DNA from: Squalus acanthias
Lineage: Eukaryota
Assembly: GCA_030390025.1 (NCBI GenBank)
Contig: CM059425.1
Coordinates: 30,134,001 to 30,198,000 of the forward strand
Direction: 5' to 3'
DNA: 64,000 nucleotides
Shown here: piece by piece, positions 37,680 through 50,889 of the stretch
How positions within the stretch are numbered: the first letter of the stretch is position 1
Layout of the letters: the number at the start of each line of letters is the position of its first letter
Translations under genes and position numbers: made by a program
Notes under the pieces: model-generated
Database searches by the model: none
The model's input: only the letters and a program-made list of their open reading frames with translations
Told to the model about the DNA's origin: nothing

Positions 37680-38171
37680 ATAAATACAAGTCAGCAGCTT
37701 CACACACCATCCCTTTCAGTTTCTTAAACAGGAGCATATCCAGGTACTAAAACCAGTCTTCTAATTGTCTCAGTTGCTTTTTTTTTGAAGCCAATATCTT
37801 TCAGTGCTGTATTTTATTTCATGTGGTGAGGCTGCTTTGCATTAATTTGAACAGGGTTGTCACAGCGACTTTCTCTGCAAAGAGTTGTGAGTATTCTCCA
37901 CAGATCACTGGTTTCTCCTGTGAAAGCAGTACTTGGAAGAAAAATATATTCAAAAATTACCTGCCACTTTTGCCTATATATAGCAACGGGGCCGCTGCAC
38001 TCTGGAAAACCAAGCCCTGGGACCACCTGTTAGGTCGCAACCAACAAGGAAACCTTTTGAAATATGCTTACCTGAATGTGGAGCCTGCTCCTCCTGACCC
38101 CACATTTAAAGAACGCGAGTCACCTCCTATTCACCCCCCACCACCCCCTGATTGCCTCCGATCGCCCCAAC

Positions 38172-38549
38172 CTGACCTCCGATCCCCCCATCCTGACCTC
38201 TGATCACCCCGACCAGACCTCCGATCCCCCCGACCTGACCTCCGATCCCCCCGACCTGACCTCCGATCCCCCCGACCAGACCTCCGATCCCCCCGACCAG
38301 ACCTCCGATCCCCCCGACCTGACCTCCGATCCCCCCGACCAGACCTCCGATCCCCCCGACCTGACCTCCGATCCCCCCGACCAGACCTCCGATCCCCCCG
38401 ACCAGACCTCCGATCCCCCCGACCAGACCTCCGATCCCCCCGACCTGACATCCGATCCCCCCGACCAGTCCTCCGATCCCCCCGACCAGACCTCCGATCC
38501 CCCCGACCTGACCTCCGATCCCCCCGACCAGTCCTCCGATCCCCCCAAT
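38172..38549. repeat. 21-bp minisatellite, about 18 units (c[a/t]gacctccgatccccccgac)
   Basis: Read directly; embedded in the C-rich tract of a MITE-like element (~37870-39020). Confidence 0.95.
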
Positions 38550-40656
38550 CCAGCCACCGATTGCCCCACCCAACCTCAGATCGCTCTTCTCCCCCCGGCC
38601 CCTGATCTCTCTCTCCTCTGGCCTCTGATTTCTTTCCACGTGCCGGCCTCCATTCCCCTTGACCTGGCCTCCAATCTCTCTCTCCCCCCGCAATCCCCCA
38701 ACCGCCTCCGGTCTCTCCCACCCCAACCCCCGGCATCCAATCTCTTATCCCCCCCCTCCCCTGCCTCCGAGCTCCCCCCCATGGCCTCTGATCTCCTCCC
38801 TCCTGCTGCCTCCGGTCTCTCTCTCCCCCCCAGGTCTCTGATCTCCTCCCTCGGCCTCCGATCTCTCTCCTCCCCCAGGCCTCTGATCACCCTTCCCACC
38901 TCCAGCTTCCAACTTTCCTGACCATCACTTACTGCTGTAACGCTAGCAGCGGCTCGATATTTGTTCACTCTTCACTGTCAGGCTCTGATGGAAATGAGAC
39001 TTGAGGCCCAATTTCAGGGGTGCCTTGGGCCTTACCATTCAAGCACAGGGATTCTATCCCCCCCCAAAAAAAAACAGGGCACCCATTTCTAAGCCAGTGG
39101 ATTCCAAATAGAGATGAAGGAGGGAGAGTGAAAATATTTGGGTGGAGGAGCAAAGGCATGGTGGAAGATTTGCGGAGCCTTTTCAAAGCAGGAAAGGAGG
39201 TAGCAAGCATGGCAGAGGATCTAACAAGGGACTTCCAGACAGCAGGGATGCAATGGCCAATGCAACACAAGATGAGACATTTTTCAACCACAATGAAATA
39301 CTTAAATTATAATTAGGGACTCTAATTTAGAATTGTACAATCTGAGAAACACACAAGCCCAACAAACATTTGATGAAACTTTTTTTTAGTCAATGAACCT
39401 TTTTATCTTTCACAGATTGTTTTGAGTAAATAAAATCCATACAGGATTACACAGATATATTGGACATACATACAAGTAATAAGATTCTTTTGCGATCAGC
39501 TAGTGGAGTTTGGCATCACCTAATGTTTACTTCTTGATTCATCAAAGTTTTTCTCCTTGATTAGCCTTGATTCTTTCAGCCTTGATGGTGGGCCACACTA
39601 TAGGCCTTGGCCTAATTAGTTAAACTAGACTGTCCAGATCTTTTATCAGAACGCCACCCTGCCCCCACTCCCCCAATAAGAAATAGTGAGAGTAATTAAT
39701 GTAATAATAAATTGGTTTATCAACAAAGCAAATGATTGAAATGTAAACGCTGAAGGGAAATATGTCTGATCTCTTGAACATAGGGGTATACTGATTTCTG
39801 ATGTAGTCTGCCTACTGAGTACCTTGAGTGAGTAGACCTAACTGAGTGCAACTGCAGATTTATTTGCTGCAGTGCAATGTCGTTTCCCTGAGTATTAATC
39901 ATATGGTACAGCACGTCATGTTGGCTGTGTTCCATCGCTTAGAATAAATGGAAGATGGTTAAATATTTACCTCTTGCTCAAAACCTAATCCCTTTTACTT
40001 GATTTGTTTCTTCTATACTACGTCCCTTTTGTTTGTTTGAGAAGAAGGGTAGAAAAATGGCGAGTGATTAATCAACTAATTCTTGTAGGGTACATTCTCT
40101 AGTTAGTTACTTGGCTTTTGAATAATGTTGCAATATTTTTCATTACTGGCAAAATTATCAACTGAGGTTATATTGTACATTTATTGTAATTTGTGATATT
40201 CTGTCGGCTGGATCTCAAATATACGTAGAACTTAGCAGCTCAGTGACAAGGCGGTAAATTGTTTATTCATCTCAGATTTCTGTGGCTGTTGGTTGGCGTC
40301 ATTGCAAAAGTTCACATTTCAACCAGTCCATTATATGCATGATGGAATTTGTCATGGTTTCCTAATGGAGGCTAGGACTAGCACAGTAACTACCTGAGTA
40401 AAATTGATAGACCTGCGGTCGATTTCTATCCACTTTCAGACCGATGGATGACTGTGAACAAATGAAGAGGTTTATGGTATCAGACGAGAGAATCAAAGTG
40501 ATCCAAAAATGGAAACAAAGTGGATAAAAAAAATCCCAATTATAGCAGTAGTTAGGGACTGTAAAAGATGGGAAATATATAAGACCAAGCATTTCCCTTC
40601 TACTTAAAGCACACAAAACTGCAACATTTTTAATCATATAATTAATTAAACACAAT

Positions 40657-41416
40657 GGCCCGGATTTTCTATGGCCTATGACCACGTACGCAGTGCGTAC
40701 ACGGTCGTAAGTGGCCCGCAAGTTCCAGGTTTCTGTATGCGATGCGTATGCGCCAAAACCCGGAACTTGCGATCTGTCAAGTTTCAGCTTTACAGATCGT
40801 ACGAGTCCGCAGGAAATGGACATTCGCTGGCACAGGGATGGGCTATTTGCCCAACTATTGCCCAGTGAATGCCCACGAAACTCTTATGCCTGGTAAAAGC
40901 AGGCATAAGGCCTTCTTTTACCAGTGTAAGAGTTTAAATAAATATTAAAATAAAATGTTTAAAGTCATTTAAACATTCAAAATAAGTTTAGGTTATGTTT
41001 AGTCCCTTTAAAAATGTTTAAATTTATTTTTCAAAAACTTAAATTTTTGTTTTAAATGTTTAATTAAATTGTATTTTAATAAATTTTTAACGTGGCGATT
41101 TATTTTTATTTAAGTGGGGTGAAAGTGTGCTTTTTATGTGATTCCTATTATGCTTATGGAGATTCCGTACGCAAATGAAATCCCCATAAGCATAATGGGA
41201 ATCCCCCTTTGTGATTGGTTGGGCTGGCCCACCTGATCCCAGGGACGCTTGCGAACCACATGCACCCCTGGGATATGTGGGCCTTTACGCAGGCGTACGC
41301 CTGGCGTCCCAGGACTGCAAGAGTCCGAAGATACGAAGGCACCAGGTAAGTGCGTACTTTTCTTGCGGATCGGAGGCATTCGCCCGCAGGAAGCCTCCGA
41401 CTGCAATTTCCAGCCC
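40657..41416. mobile_element. Harbinger-like MITE family X, copy 2
   Basis: AAT TSD; TIR GGCCCGGATTTT / GGGCTGGAAATT. Confidence 0.85.
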
Positions 41417-41624
41417 AATGTTAAACAAAAGTGCAAGTAAATCATTACACGTTTCACACCTTCAGTAAATACCATTAAAACCAGGATTTTTTTTTTTAAA
41501 AGAAAAAAGTCTTTCCTTGTTCCTTTTCACAATTTGTATAATTATACCTGTAAAACTGAGAAATATTTATTGATGTGAAACACCCAATGTACAATCAAAC
41601 CAATGAACTAACAATTTTACTTAC

Positions 41625-41992
41625 TGACTTTCACATTCTCAGGACGTCCCAAAGTGCTTCACTGCCAACGCATTACTTTTGAAGTGCAGTCACTGTTGTT
41701 ACCTAACAAACACAGCAGGCAATTTTGCACAGCAAGGTCCCACAAACAGCAGAGATAAGTGATCGGATAATCTGTTTTTGATGGTGTTGGTTGAGGACAT
41801 CAAGTAGTGCCATGGGATCTCTTACATCCATCTGAGCAGGCAGGCAGGGCCTCATTTTAACATTTCATCTCACAATGCAGCACTCCCTCAGCACTGTACT
41901 GAAACATCAACCTAAATTATGTGTTTAAGTCCTCGAGTGGGGCTTGAACTGATGGTGTTCTGACTCAGAGGTGAGAGTGAGCCACACTGGCA
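41625..41992 (-). mobile_element. DeuSINE (SacSINE1-like), degenerate
   Basis: Homologous to 52613-53070. Confidence 0.75.
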
Positions 41993-42272
41993 CTTAATAT
42001 AGAATTGTGGAGTTGTGTTCCTGTGAAAAGAAGTGAAATTATTGGCTTTAAAAGGTCTGTACAACTGATTTATGGCTGATCTATAAACATGACATGGTAG
42101 TTTTGACATATGCTCCTTTAATAATACATATTAGTTGTGTTGTAAGCTTGTTGCAAAGTAGAGTAGAAGGCCAAGTTGTCGTAACATGTATGTACTGATG
42201 GATGAACCCATGGAAATTGTAAAGGAATGTGTTATAAACCTATGAATTCTGAGCACCATAGGTGGATACTGA

Positions 42273-42925
42273 GGGGGAGAAATTGGTCTTCATTGCACCC
42301 ATTTTCTGGGTGGAAAAGAGGGCAAAAGAACCAATTTCAGGCAAAACATCCTGCACCCCAAGGGCACCTGAAATACATCCAATCCCATGTTGGGTCGGGC
42401 AGCTGCCTAAAACAGGTGTTAGATACCTTGAATATGTTAATGAGGGGCCTAACGCCTCTTTAGGGAGGTTTCAATAAAACTCTTCTCTGCTCAGTGTCGG
42501 GCCTGCTCCGCTCAGTTTTTTTGGTTCATAATGTAGCCTACCCAGTGCTCCTTAAAGGAATCATTGGAGGCCGCTACCAAAAGCTTACATTTATGTGGAG
42601 CGGGGGAATGGGGGGAGGAGCAGGAGTGCTCCTCCCGGCTCCACAGCACTCCTGAGAGTCACTGCCGCCCGCAAGCACCTCCCTCCCATTTTCCAGTCCC
42701 CCTTGCAGGCTACACAACGGCCGCTGTTGGTGAAGCAGCCAGCCCAAAATGGTCCTCATCAACCAGTGAGCTGCCTCTGAATGCCTGATTGGTGCCCGCC
42801 ATTTGCCGGCAATATGTTGATGAGGCCCAGTTTTGGGTGAGCCTCGAGCCTCCAGTTTCTGGCAAACATTCCCAGCAGGCCATCTATTTCAGGCCCGAAA
42901 ACGGGCCTAGACCAATTTCAAGCCC
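42273..42925. mobile_element. PIF/Harbinger MITE
   Basis: TGA TSD; TIR GGGGGAGAAATTGGTCT / GGGCTTGAAATTGGTCT. Confidence 0.88.
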
Positions 42926-43792
42926 TGAGACTCCTTCAAAAAATGCTGTAATTAATTTCCACTACACTTCAAAACAACAGTGCAATATGTTCTCAGTCCC
43001 TGTTTATATCTATATATATATAGGTATGGTTGAGGTTCATCTTTAAAGTACACTTGCAGAGTGTGTTCAACATCTTCTTATAGTTCGGCAAAAATATTTT
43101 TCCATTTGTTTACAAGTAGACGTGACAAAAACAGTGTCAAATTGCTTTGTTGTAACATAAATCAAACATGATTTTGCTGTATTCCCAAACAAAAGTTTAC
43201 TGTACACTTTAAAAGAGAATGTACTATTAAAATGAAACAAGCTCAGAATATCAGCTGCAACAATAATTTCATTAAAGCCACACAGTCAACGTTAAAGATC
43301 AAACTCCCTGGACCCCAGTAAAAATCATTCCATTGACTTTCTCTTACATGCTGCATGAGCTTCCATGCAGTCATGTGGTACCAGACAAAGTCAACGTGGT
43401 TGAAAGGATAACTTCAACTGAAACGTTGTGCGGTGATTAGTAAAGATATCAGAATAGACATTAGAATAGAAAGACAATTCATCTCATTGTACACGCGTGA
43501 TCTTCAACCAATTATAAAACCTTGCACTTTTCTTACATTACAACAGTGACTACACTTCAAAATTATTTCATTGGCTGTAAAGCACTTTGGGACATCCTGA
43601 GGTCATGAAAGGCATTATATAAATGCAAGTCTATCTTTCACTGAGAGCAGTATTTCTTTGTTTAGCATTGAAAGGATTATTTGAAAAAGAACCTTTACAG
43701 GTTTTTTGTTCCATTCATTTTTTTTTGTGATTCTCTCTCCTCACACTCCCTTAAGTTACCTCTTCTCTATATCCAGTGCAAATAATATTATT

Positions 43793-44470
43793 GACCTGGA
43801 TTTTTGCGGGGCCGATGATGTACGCCGTCGTAAGCCCTAGGAATGGCCCCGCAGGTTCCGGGTTTCCGGATGCGCTGTGCATGTGCAAAAGCCTGGAATG
43901 TGCAAACTGTCAAGGTTCGCCTTGATAGATTGTCCGCCTGCGTCCCAAAAACAATTTTGGCCCAACTACTGCCCAGCAAATTCCCATAAAACCCTTACGC
44001 CTGGTAAAAGCAGGCATAGGGCCTGCTTTTATTAGTGTAAGGGTTAAAATAATTGTTAAATTAAAATTTTTTTAATGATTAAAACATACAAAAACAGTTA
44101 AAATTAGTTCATGCAAATCTTGGGCCAAATGAAAAATTTTTTTTTAAACGCTTACTGAAAGGGACTTTTAATTAATTTTGAACATGGGAATATTTAGTTT
44201 TTTTAGAATTGTGTTCATTATTTAATTATTTGGGGATTTCTCATAAGCTTATGGGGAATCCCCCTTTCTAATTGGTTGGCCTGGCCCACGTGATCCCAGG
44301 GATGCTTCCGAACCACCTGTGCCCTGGGATCTGTGGGCCTTTACGCAGGCGAATGCCTGGAGGCCCAGGACCCGAAGACTCCAAAGCCCGGGAGCCACAG
44401 ATACATTCGTATTTTTTTTCAGGTTGGAGGCGTATTCCGGAGGTACGCCTCTGATTGCAAATTTTGGCAC
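43793..44470. mobile_element. Harbinger-like MITE family X, copy 3 (more diverged)
   Basis: Shares cctggtaaaagcagg, gcccacgtgatcccaggg and tgggcctttacgcaggcg with copies 1 and 2. Confidence 0.8.
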
Positions 44471-45004
44471 AACATGTCATTTCTTTGCCACAGCTTGGCA
44501 ATCTATATAAGACCACTTTGGAGGAAGCATATCTACTCTTTCCATATGCAAGCAGTAAAACAAACAAACAGAAACACAGCCCTCGATGTGCCAGGGGTTG
44601 TGAAAGGACTGTGTACCTCTTTTCCATTTGTTTTTTCAATTGATCTCCCTAACCGAGGCAAGATTTTGAGTATCAGTGGATGGTGTAGCCATTCTCTTCC
44701 TCCCCTCACTCTCACACTGCAGCGTGAAACTGGCAACACTGACTTACAACCAATAAACACAGGCAAGTTATAATTCACATAGCAATTCAGATGGTGCCGA
44801 ATACCATGTTTTGCCAAACGAAGTATCAGTTTTATACAGTTGCACGCAAAATGGCTTACATCAGTAACAGTAGCACGGATGCTAAAGAGTAGATATTAAC
44901 TGGATGCTTAAAAATACGTTTTCAGGCATTACAGTTTAAAGACTGATTTGTAACAACTAAAATTGCAGCACTATAAGAAAAGTATGGGTTACTGGAGTAG
45001 GTAG

Positions 45005-45247
<243 letters not shown>

Positions 45248-45731
45248 TGACTGGATTGCAGAACTCAAATTGTGAGACTGTCAAAGAATTCTTTATTTCC
45301 CTCCCGAGAAACTATCCAAGCATCTGATATTACTTCACCCTTTGGCTAAAACCTGGAGGTGAGAGGTTCTTTTGGCTCTTGTCTCCAGGAATCAGTTCCT
45401 CGGGCACAAAGGTCAGGGAAAGAAGGGACAGGGACCCAGTGATTGGGGGTCTCCTCCCCTTGAACATCACTTTGGGATTTCAGGCACATTCTGGGAGGGC
45501 GCAGCTTGGCCAACACCTACAATAGGTGCAGGACTGATGATATTACTTAAATGAGACGGGGTGAGGGGCGTTCCTGGCTTCTGGCCTTATTTTCCATCTG
45601 GAATATTTGCTACGTGCTCCAGCGCAGTCTTCAGAAGAGCTTCTGAATCGCAGAGTTTGAGGGAAGGTTAAATTTAAATGCGTTATACTTTCCGAAGTTA
45701 TCAAATGACTGTCTCTTTTCCTTTATTTTAG

Positions 45732-46130
<399 letters not shown>

Positions 46131-46994
46131 TGACATTTCTAGACTTATTACGGTGAAGCAGCCCAGTTCTGCTTCCCTTATTACAGTGTTTTAGCATTGT
46201 GCTGTCAGTATAAGGTCTGCTTTACGGCAGGCCTTTGCGATGTAGTACTGTCGGGGCTAAATTACGTTATTGAGTTCACACAAATTTTACCTCGTACATC
46301 TTGTGGAACCAAATGTTCTGGGATTTTGGTAGAAACGGCATTTTATGAGATGATGGTTGGTATCCTGTTTGTTTGTAAGGAATGTAAAAAAGTATTTATG
46401 ATAAACTGAAGCACAGTGGAGGTCTTGAAGCACTCCCCTGATTGGATCTACAATCAAAGCTCAGGAATTAAATGGTTACGTTACAATAACAAAATAGATC
46501 AGATATTCAGACATCTTTATAACTGGAGCAGCGCAACAGCTAAAATGTATGAGTTTTCAGGGTCACAAGACATGTTTTTGTGAGGTAAAAGTTGCAAGAA
46601 AAATGCTTACAGCTTAAAGATCCAAGCACAGCCAGCTGAAACATTTTGTTGCTATGGTTACTATCATTAGAGATAAAAGAAAAGCACAAATACTGGATAT
46701 CTGAAATACTAGAAATGTATTCCAGGTTGCCAGAATCTGAAAGAGAAAGATGGAACCTTTCATCACAACTGGCACCACTAGCCTGGAGTAGGACTGACAA
46801 CAGCAGCCAGAATTCTCTGTTTTTGTTATAATAATCATTCGCCTTCTTTATACTACCACCAGAAAGTGTTCGAGAATAACTTGTTTCAGGTACGAGCTAA
46901 AATACCTTATTGATGCCCAAATAGGCCACCTCTTTATATAGGTTGCACCCTCGACTTAAGCCCTTCCCCATGAAAAAGTTGATTGGCCTGTAGA

Positions 46995-47135
46995 GTCATA
47001 GCATATATGCACCACTGCTCCATGACCAACCCTAAAGCCGCATTGGCTCTCCACGAGAATTTTTTCCGCTAATTTTTTGTTTAGTCGGCAGAGTATGATG
47101 CGAGTGAGAATTTTACCTGGCACACAAGTAATCTC
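46995..47135 (-). mobile_element. RTE-like LINE reverse transcriptase fragment
   Basis: VPGKILTRIILCRL..LAEKILVESQCGFR motif. Confidence 0.65.
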
Positions 47136-47626
47136 ATCTACCTGCTTCATCCGGCTTTCAATGCATTATACGAGGCCGTATATGTGCATTCATGATTAGG
47201 CTCTTCTCACATTAGCGCACCCAGAACAACTGAGACTCATCTGTCGATTTAACAGAAGGCTCCAACATCCCTTTGAAACAGTTTTAAGGGTATATTTTCA
47301 GCTTTAACACTCCCGGTGCAGAGCATTGTGCACTGGGACCATGTATCAGGAATTCAGATGGGTGCCCATGATTTCCATTTATAAATCCATAGTTGCGCAT
47401 TCAAATCTCAATATGTGCTGGCATGCAAAGTTCTGTGCTAAAGATGTAAATTTACTCGTACTTGCCATTACTAAACAAATTTAAAGTCTATCATGGGAAT
47501 TCGATTTAAAGGTGGAGTATTTAGAGTGGGCTCCACATGACTGGCTCATAAAATATCTGCTATCTTGAAGTGCTTGTGAGCCATCTCTGGAGAAACAATC
47601 GCAAATGTGTTAAATGAATAGACTTG

Positions 47627-48402
47627 GGAGGTGAAATTCGGCTCCTTTACGCTTGCCATTAGTGCCTCCAGGGGGCGCTAACGAGGCGCAAAGGGGTTAT
47701 CGCCTGGGGGGCGAAAAAAGCGTTGCTGAGGCGCTACCCGATAGCGCCGCGCCCCCGCTGGTAGCGCCCCGGGCCGCCACACCTCTGGCAATGATGTCAT
47801 CGCCGTGTGCGCCGATCCCTTTGTGCCCCGCCGTGTCCCCTTACCACCGCACCCCATGGTAGAAGTTCGTCTGCGCCTCGCGAGGCTGCCGCGGGCGGTG
47901 TCAGCGCTAGCCTCGAGGGTCGCGTGCCGGACCGATCTCCGCTCGCGGGGTGGTAGTTAAAGGGGAGGTGCGGCCGTGACCCCCGCCACCATTTTCTTTT
48001 TTTGGCCGACCTCCAGGTCGGCCCTCCGTGGTGTGCCGTGGCGTGGTCCTGGCGGTCATCGTGCAGCCCAGCACCGTGTCTCGACGCCGGGCTGCTGCCA
48101 CGGCACCACGCCGCCCTGGTGGCCTAGTTGGGGCCATCAGAGGCCCTGCAGAGTGTGCAGTAGCCCTCCCCTTTAACTGAATGGGAGGGGCATTGAAACA
48201 CGGCGGCGCTGCCGATCACGCCCTGACATCGCCTCAGTTACCGCCCCACCAGGAAGTGGAGCGCCTGACATTGCGCTCCAGTTCCTGGGCGGGGCGGTAA
48301 GGTGAATTTCGCGGCCGGGACAGGACTTCCTCGCCAGATGCAGGATGTCCCGCCTCGACAGCGTTACCGCCCCAAAACGGTGCGCTACCGAATTTCGCGC
48401 CC
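47627..48402. mobile_element. PIF/Harbinger MITE, CpG-rich
   Basis: TTG TSD; TIR GGAGGTGAAATTCGG / GGGCGCGAAATTCGG. Confidence 0.88.
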
Positions 48403-48819
48403 TTGAAATTTGGAAGGAACATATTAATATTATCTGAATTCTAATAATTCTCAAAAACAGGGCTCGCTTTAATCACAAATAAGAGGACCTGCCGATTCAG
48501 AACTAAGCCCGTTATTTTTATCAAGCTTTTATCAGTTAATTAGTTGGAAAATGATTAGAACAAGTGAAATTTCCTGGTTCCCAACAATGTATCAAGCCAA
48601 ATAGGAACAAAAAACAACTGCAGCTAAGGGACTGCTTTCCCTCCTCCACCAAAAAGCACCAAACAAAATGAAACACTACCCAACAGACGAGACTGAATGT
48701 GGCTCACTTCCCAATTTTATCCATTCCATGAAGCTCTGCTATTTAACTAATCTCTATTCTCAGCACAGCGCTACAGAACACTATTAATGAAAAGCACCCA
48801 CCTCTGAAGAAGCCACTGA

Positions 48820-48965
48820 AAAAGAAAGAGTTGTTTCTATATAGGGCCTTTCACAACCTCAGGACATCCCAAAGCACTTCACAGCCAATTAAATACTTTT
48901 AAAGTGTAGTCACTGTAGTAATGCAGGAAACGCGGCAGCCAATTTGCGCACAGGAAGCTCCCACT
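48820..48965 (-). mobile_element. DeuSINE 3' fragment
   Basis: ctcaggacatcccaaagcacttcacagccaat..gcagccaatttgcgcacag matches the other copies. Confidence 0.7.
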
Positions 48966-49882
48966 GCACTCCTGCTGTCTGATGCTTTAAAAAAAATTCC
49001 CTATGACACTACCGGCAGTTCAGTTGTTTCTGCAGTGGAGTGATACCCAACTCCTGCCTCCAGTAGCTTTCCTACTCTGTTGGGGCCTGCTTCAGCAATC
49101 TATCTTTCTGCAGTTCCCAATGAGAAGGGGAGCGTCGTGCTGCTTGGAGCAGGAGACACATCAACCTACTGCTCCCCTGCCGAGAAAGCTGGGAGAGCCA
49201 TCTATCGGATTTTCAAAAATCCCATCAACTGTTTCTCCTTGTGGGTATTTCAGAGGTGAGGACTTTTGATTAATAGTGCTCACCTCACCTGAAGTAATAT
49301 CTGCCCAGTTATTCAGACAAATATCAATGTAGTGATCATTCAGTTGATTGAAATATCGAGATTCTGGAGTTACCATAAGGTATGAAGAGAACCAGGACTG
49401 AGAAAATGGAATAAAAATATAAATACAGTAATATTTTTCAATAGAGGGGCAGTGATTAAAAATGTAATTTAGAGATGATCAAGACACAATGAACAAAGTT
49501 TAATTGATAGTAAAACTACCTTTACCTTTACCAACTGCTTTCATTGTTATGTATGTATCTTTATTGGTTGGAATGTTCCTTTGACCACAAAGGTGGCCAA
49601 TATGTCTATTATTATTTCTAAAGCTGGCAGCAGAATTTAATGTAAGATAGCCCAGTATTATTTTACTGACACACAGAAAGGAGGAGAAAACAAGTGACAG
49701 AAGTGAAGGAGGAGAGTGAAACAAGTGAAAGGGAAGAGACAGACAGATCTAAAGGAGAGAAGAGAGAAAGAGAAGGCCAGAAGTGAAGGTGATGTAATTG
49801 CTCGGAGGACTCCAAGAAAGGCAAAATGGATTGGGAGTTGAACGTAGTGGGATAGATTTTCAACTGTACCACTGGATATAAA

Positions 49883-50876
49883 GGGGGTAATTTTAACCCC
49901 CCCAAAACATATGGGTTTGGGTTAAGTGGGAAGTTAAAATGTTAAAATTTAAAACACAAACCCAACCGGCCTCGAACCCGCCCACTTCCAGTTTTAACGG
50001 AGGCGGGACGGGGGGGGGGGGCAGGTGACCAATTTGTTCTCAGGAGGTGGGTCCCTCATTTAAATATTTTAATGAGGCTGCGTGCCTCAGACTTTAGCTG
50101 TGTTCCAGGCCTTAGGAAACCCAGCAGCTGAAGGGAGATGAGGACTGCTGAATGGAACAGGTAAGTGCATTTCCAGCACTGCTTGTGAGCCAGGAAGAGC
50201 AGGAGTGCTTCCCCCAGGCTCCCCTATTAACCTCCCCAGCGATTGGACCCTCTCCCAAACTTTCCAAGCCCTGACCTACCTCTTTGGCCCCTTTGAAGTC
50301 TTAGACCCCCAACCTACAGTGTCTCTGGGTCTCACCACAAAATCCAGCTCGACCCACAATTTCACCTCTGACCTTCCATCCATGATCTCCCCAAGGCCAT
50401 TCTGATTCTTCCCGCCGCCTCCCCCCTGCCACGGCCGATATCCACACCCAGCCTTTCCGATCTCTTCCCCCCCCCCCCCCCACCAGCCTTTCCAATCTCC
50501 CCAAAGCCATTCCAATTCACCCCCGCCTCTGGCTTTTCCGATATCCACTTCCGGCCTTTCCGATCTCTGCCCCCCGCAGCCTTTCCGATCTCCCCAATGC
50601 CATTCCGATTTCCCCCCCATCGGCTTTTCCGATATCCCGTCACCCCCACCGGGGCCTCCACGATCTCTATCTACCTCCCTCCATCCTCTCTGCTCGCAGC
50701 CTAACAACGCAGGCCATCCCGCACGGCAGCCAGTGTGTCAACCTGGCTGGCTGCCGGGGAAACGGAAAAATAATTCAAACACGCCCTGAAGTTAAAATTC
50801 TCGGACCTCCGGGTTTCCTAACCATAACATTCCACTCATGCCGCTCCAAGATCACGCCTCAGTAAATATCGGGGTC
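49883..50876. mobile_element. Harbinger-like MITE (same family as 4000-4805)
   Basis: AAA flanks; left end GGGGGTAATTTTAACCCC; collinear with the 4 kb copy. Confidence 0.75.
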
Positions 50877-50889
50877 AAAGTATCACCAT

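Noticed and set aside
38076..38921. Long repetitive ORFs (TSDPPD, GGIGGQV, RGDRRSG) resembling elastin, silk or RS proteins
   Set aside because: A 21-bp minisatellite open in several frames on both strands, inside a MITE-like element, with no splice or gene context.
47627..48402. CpG island or internal promoter
   Set aside because: The CpG-rich stretch is bounded exactly by TIRs and a TTG TSD, so it is explained as a young MITE.
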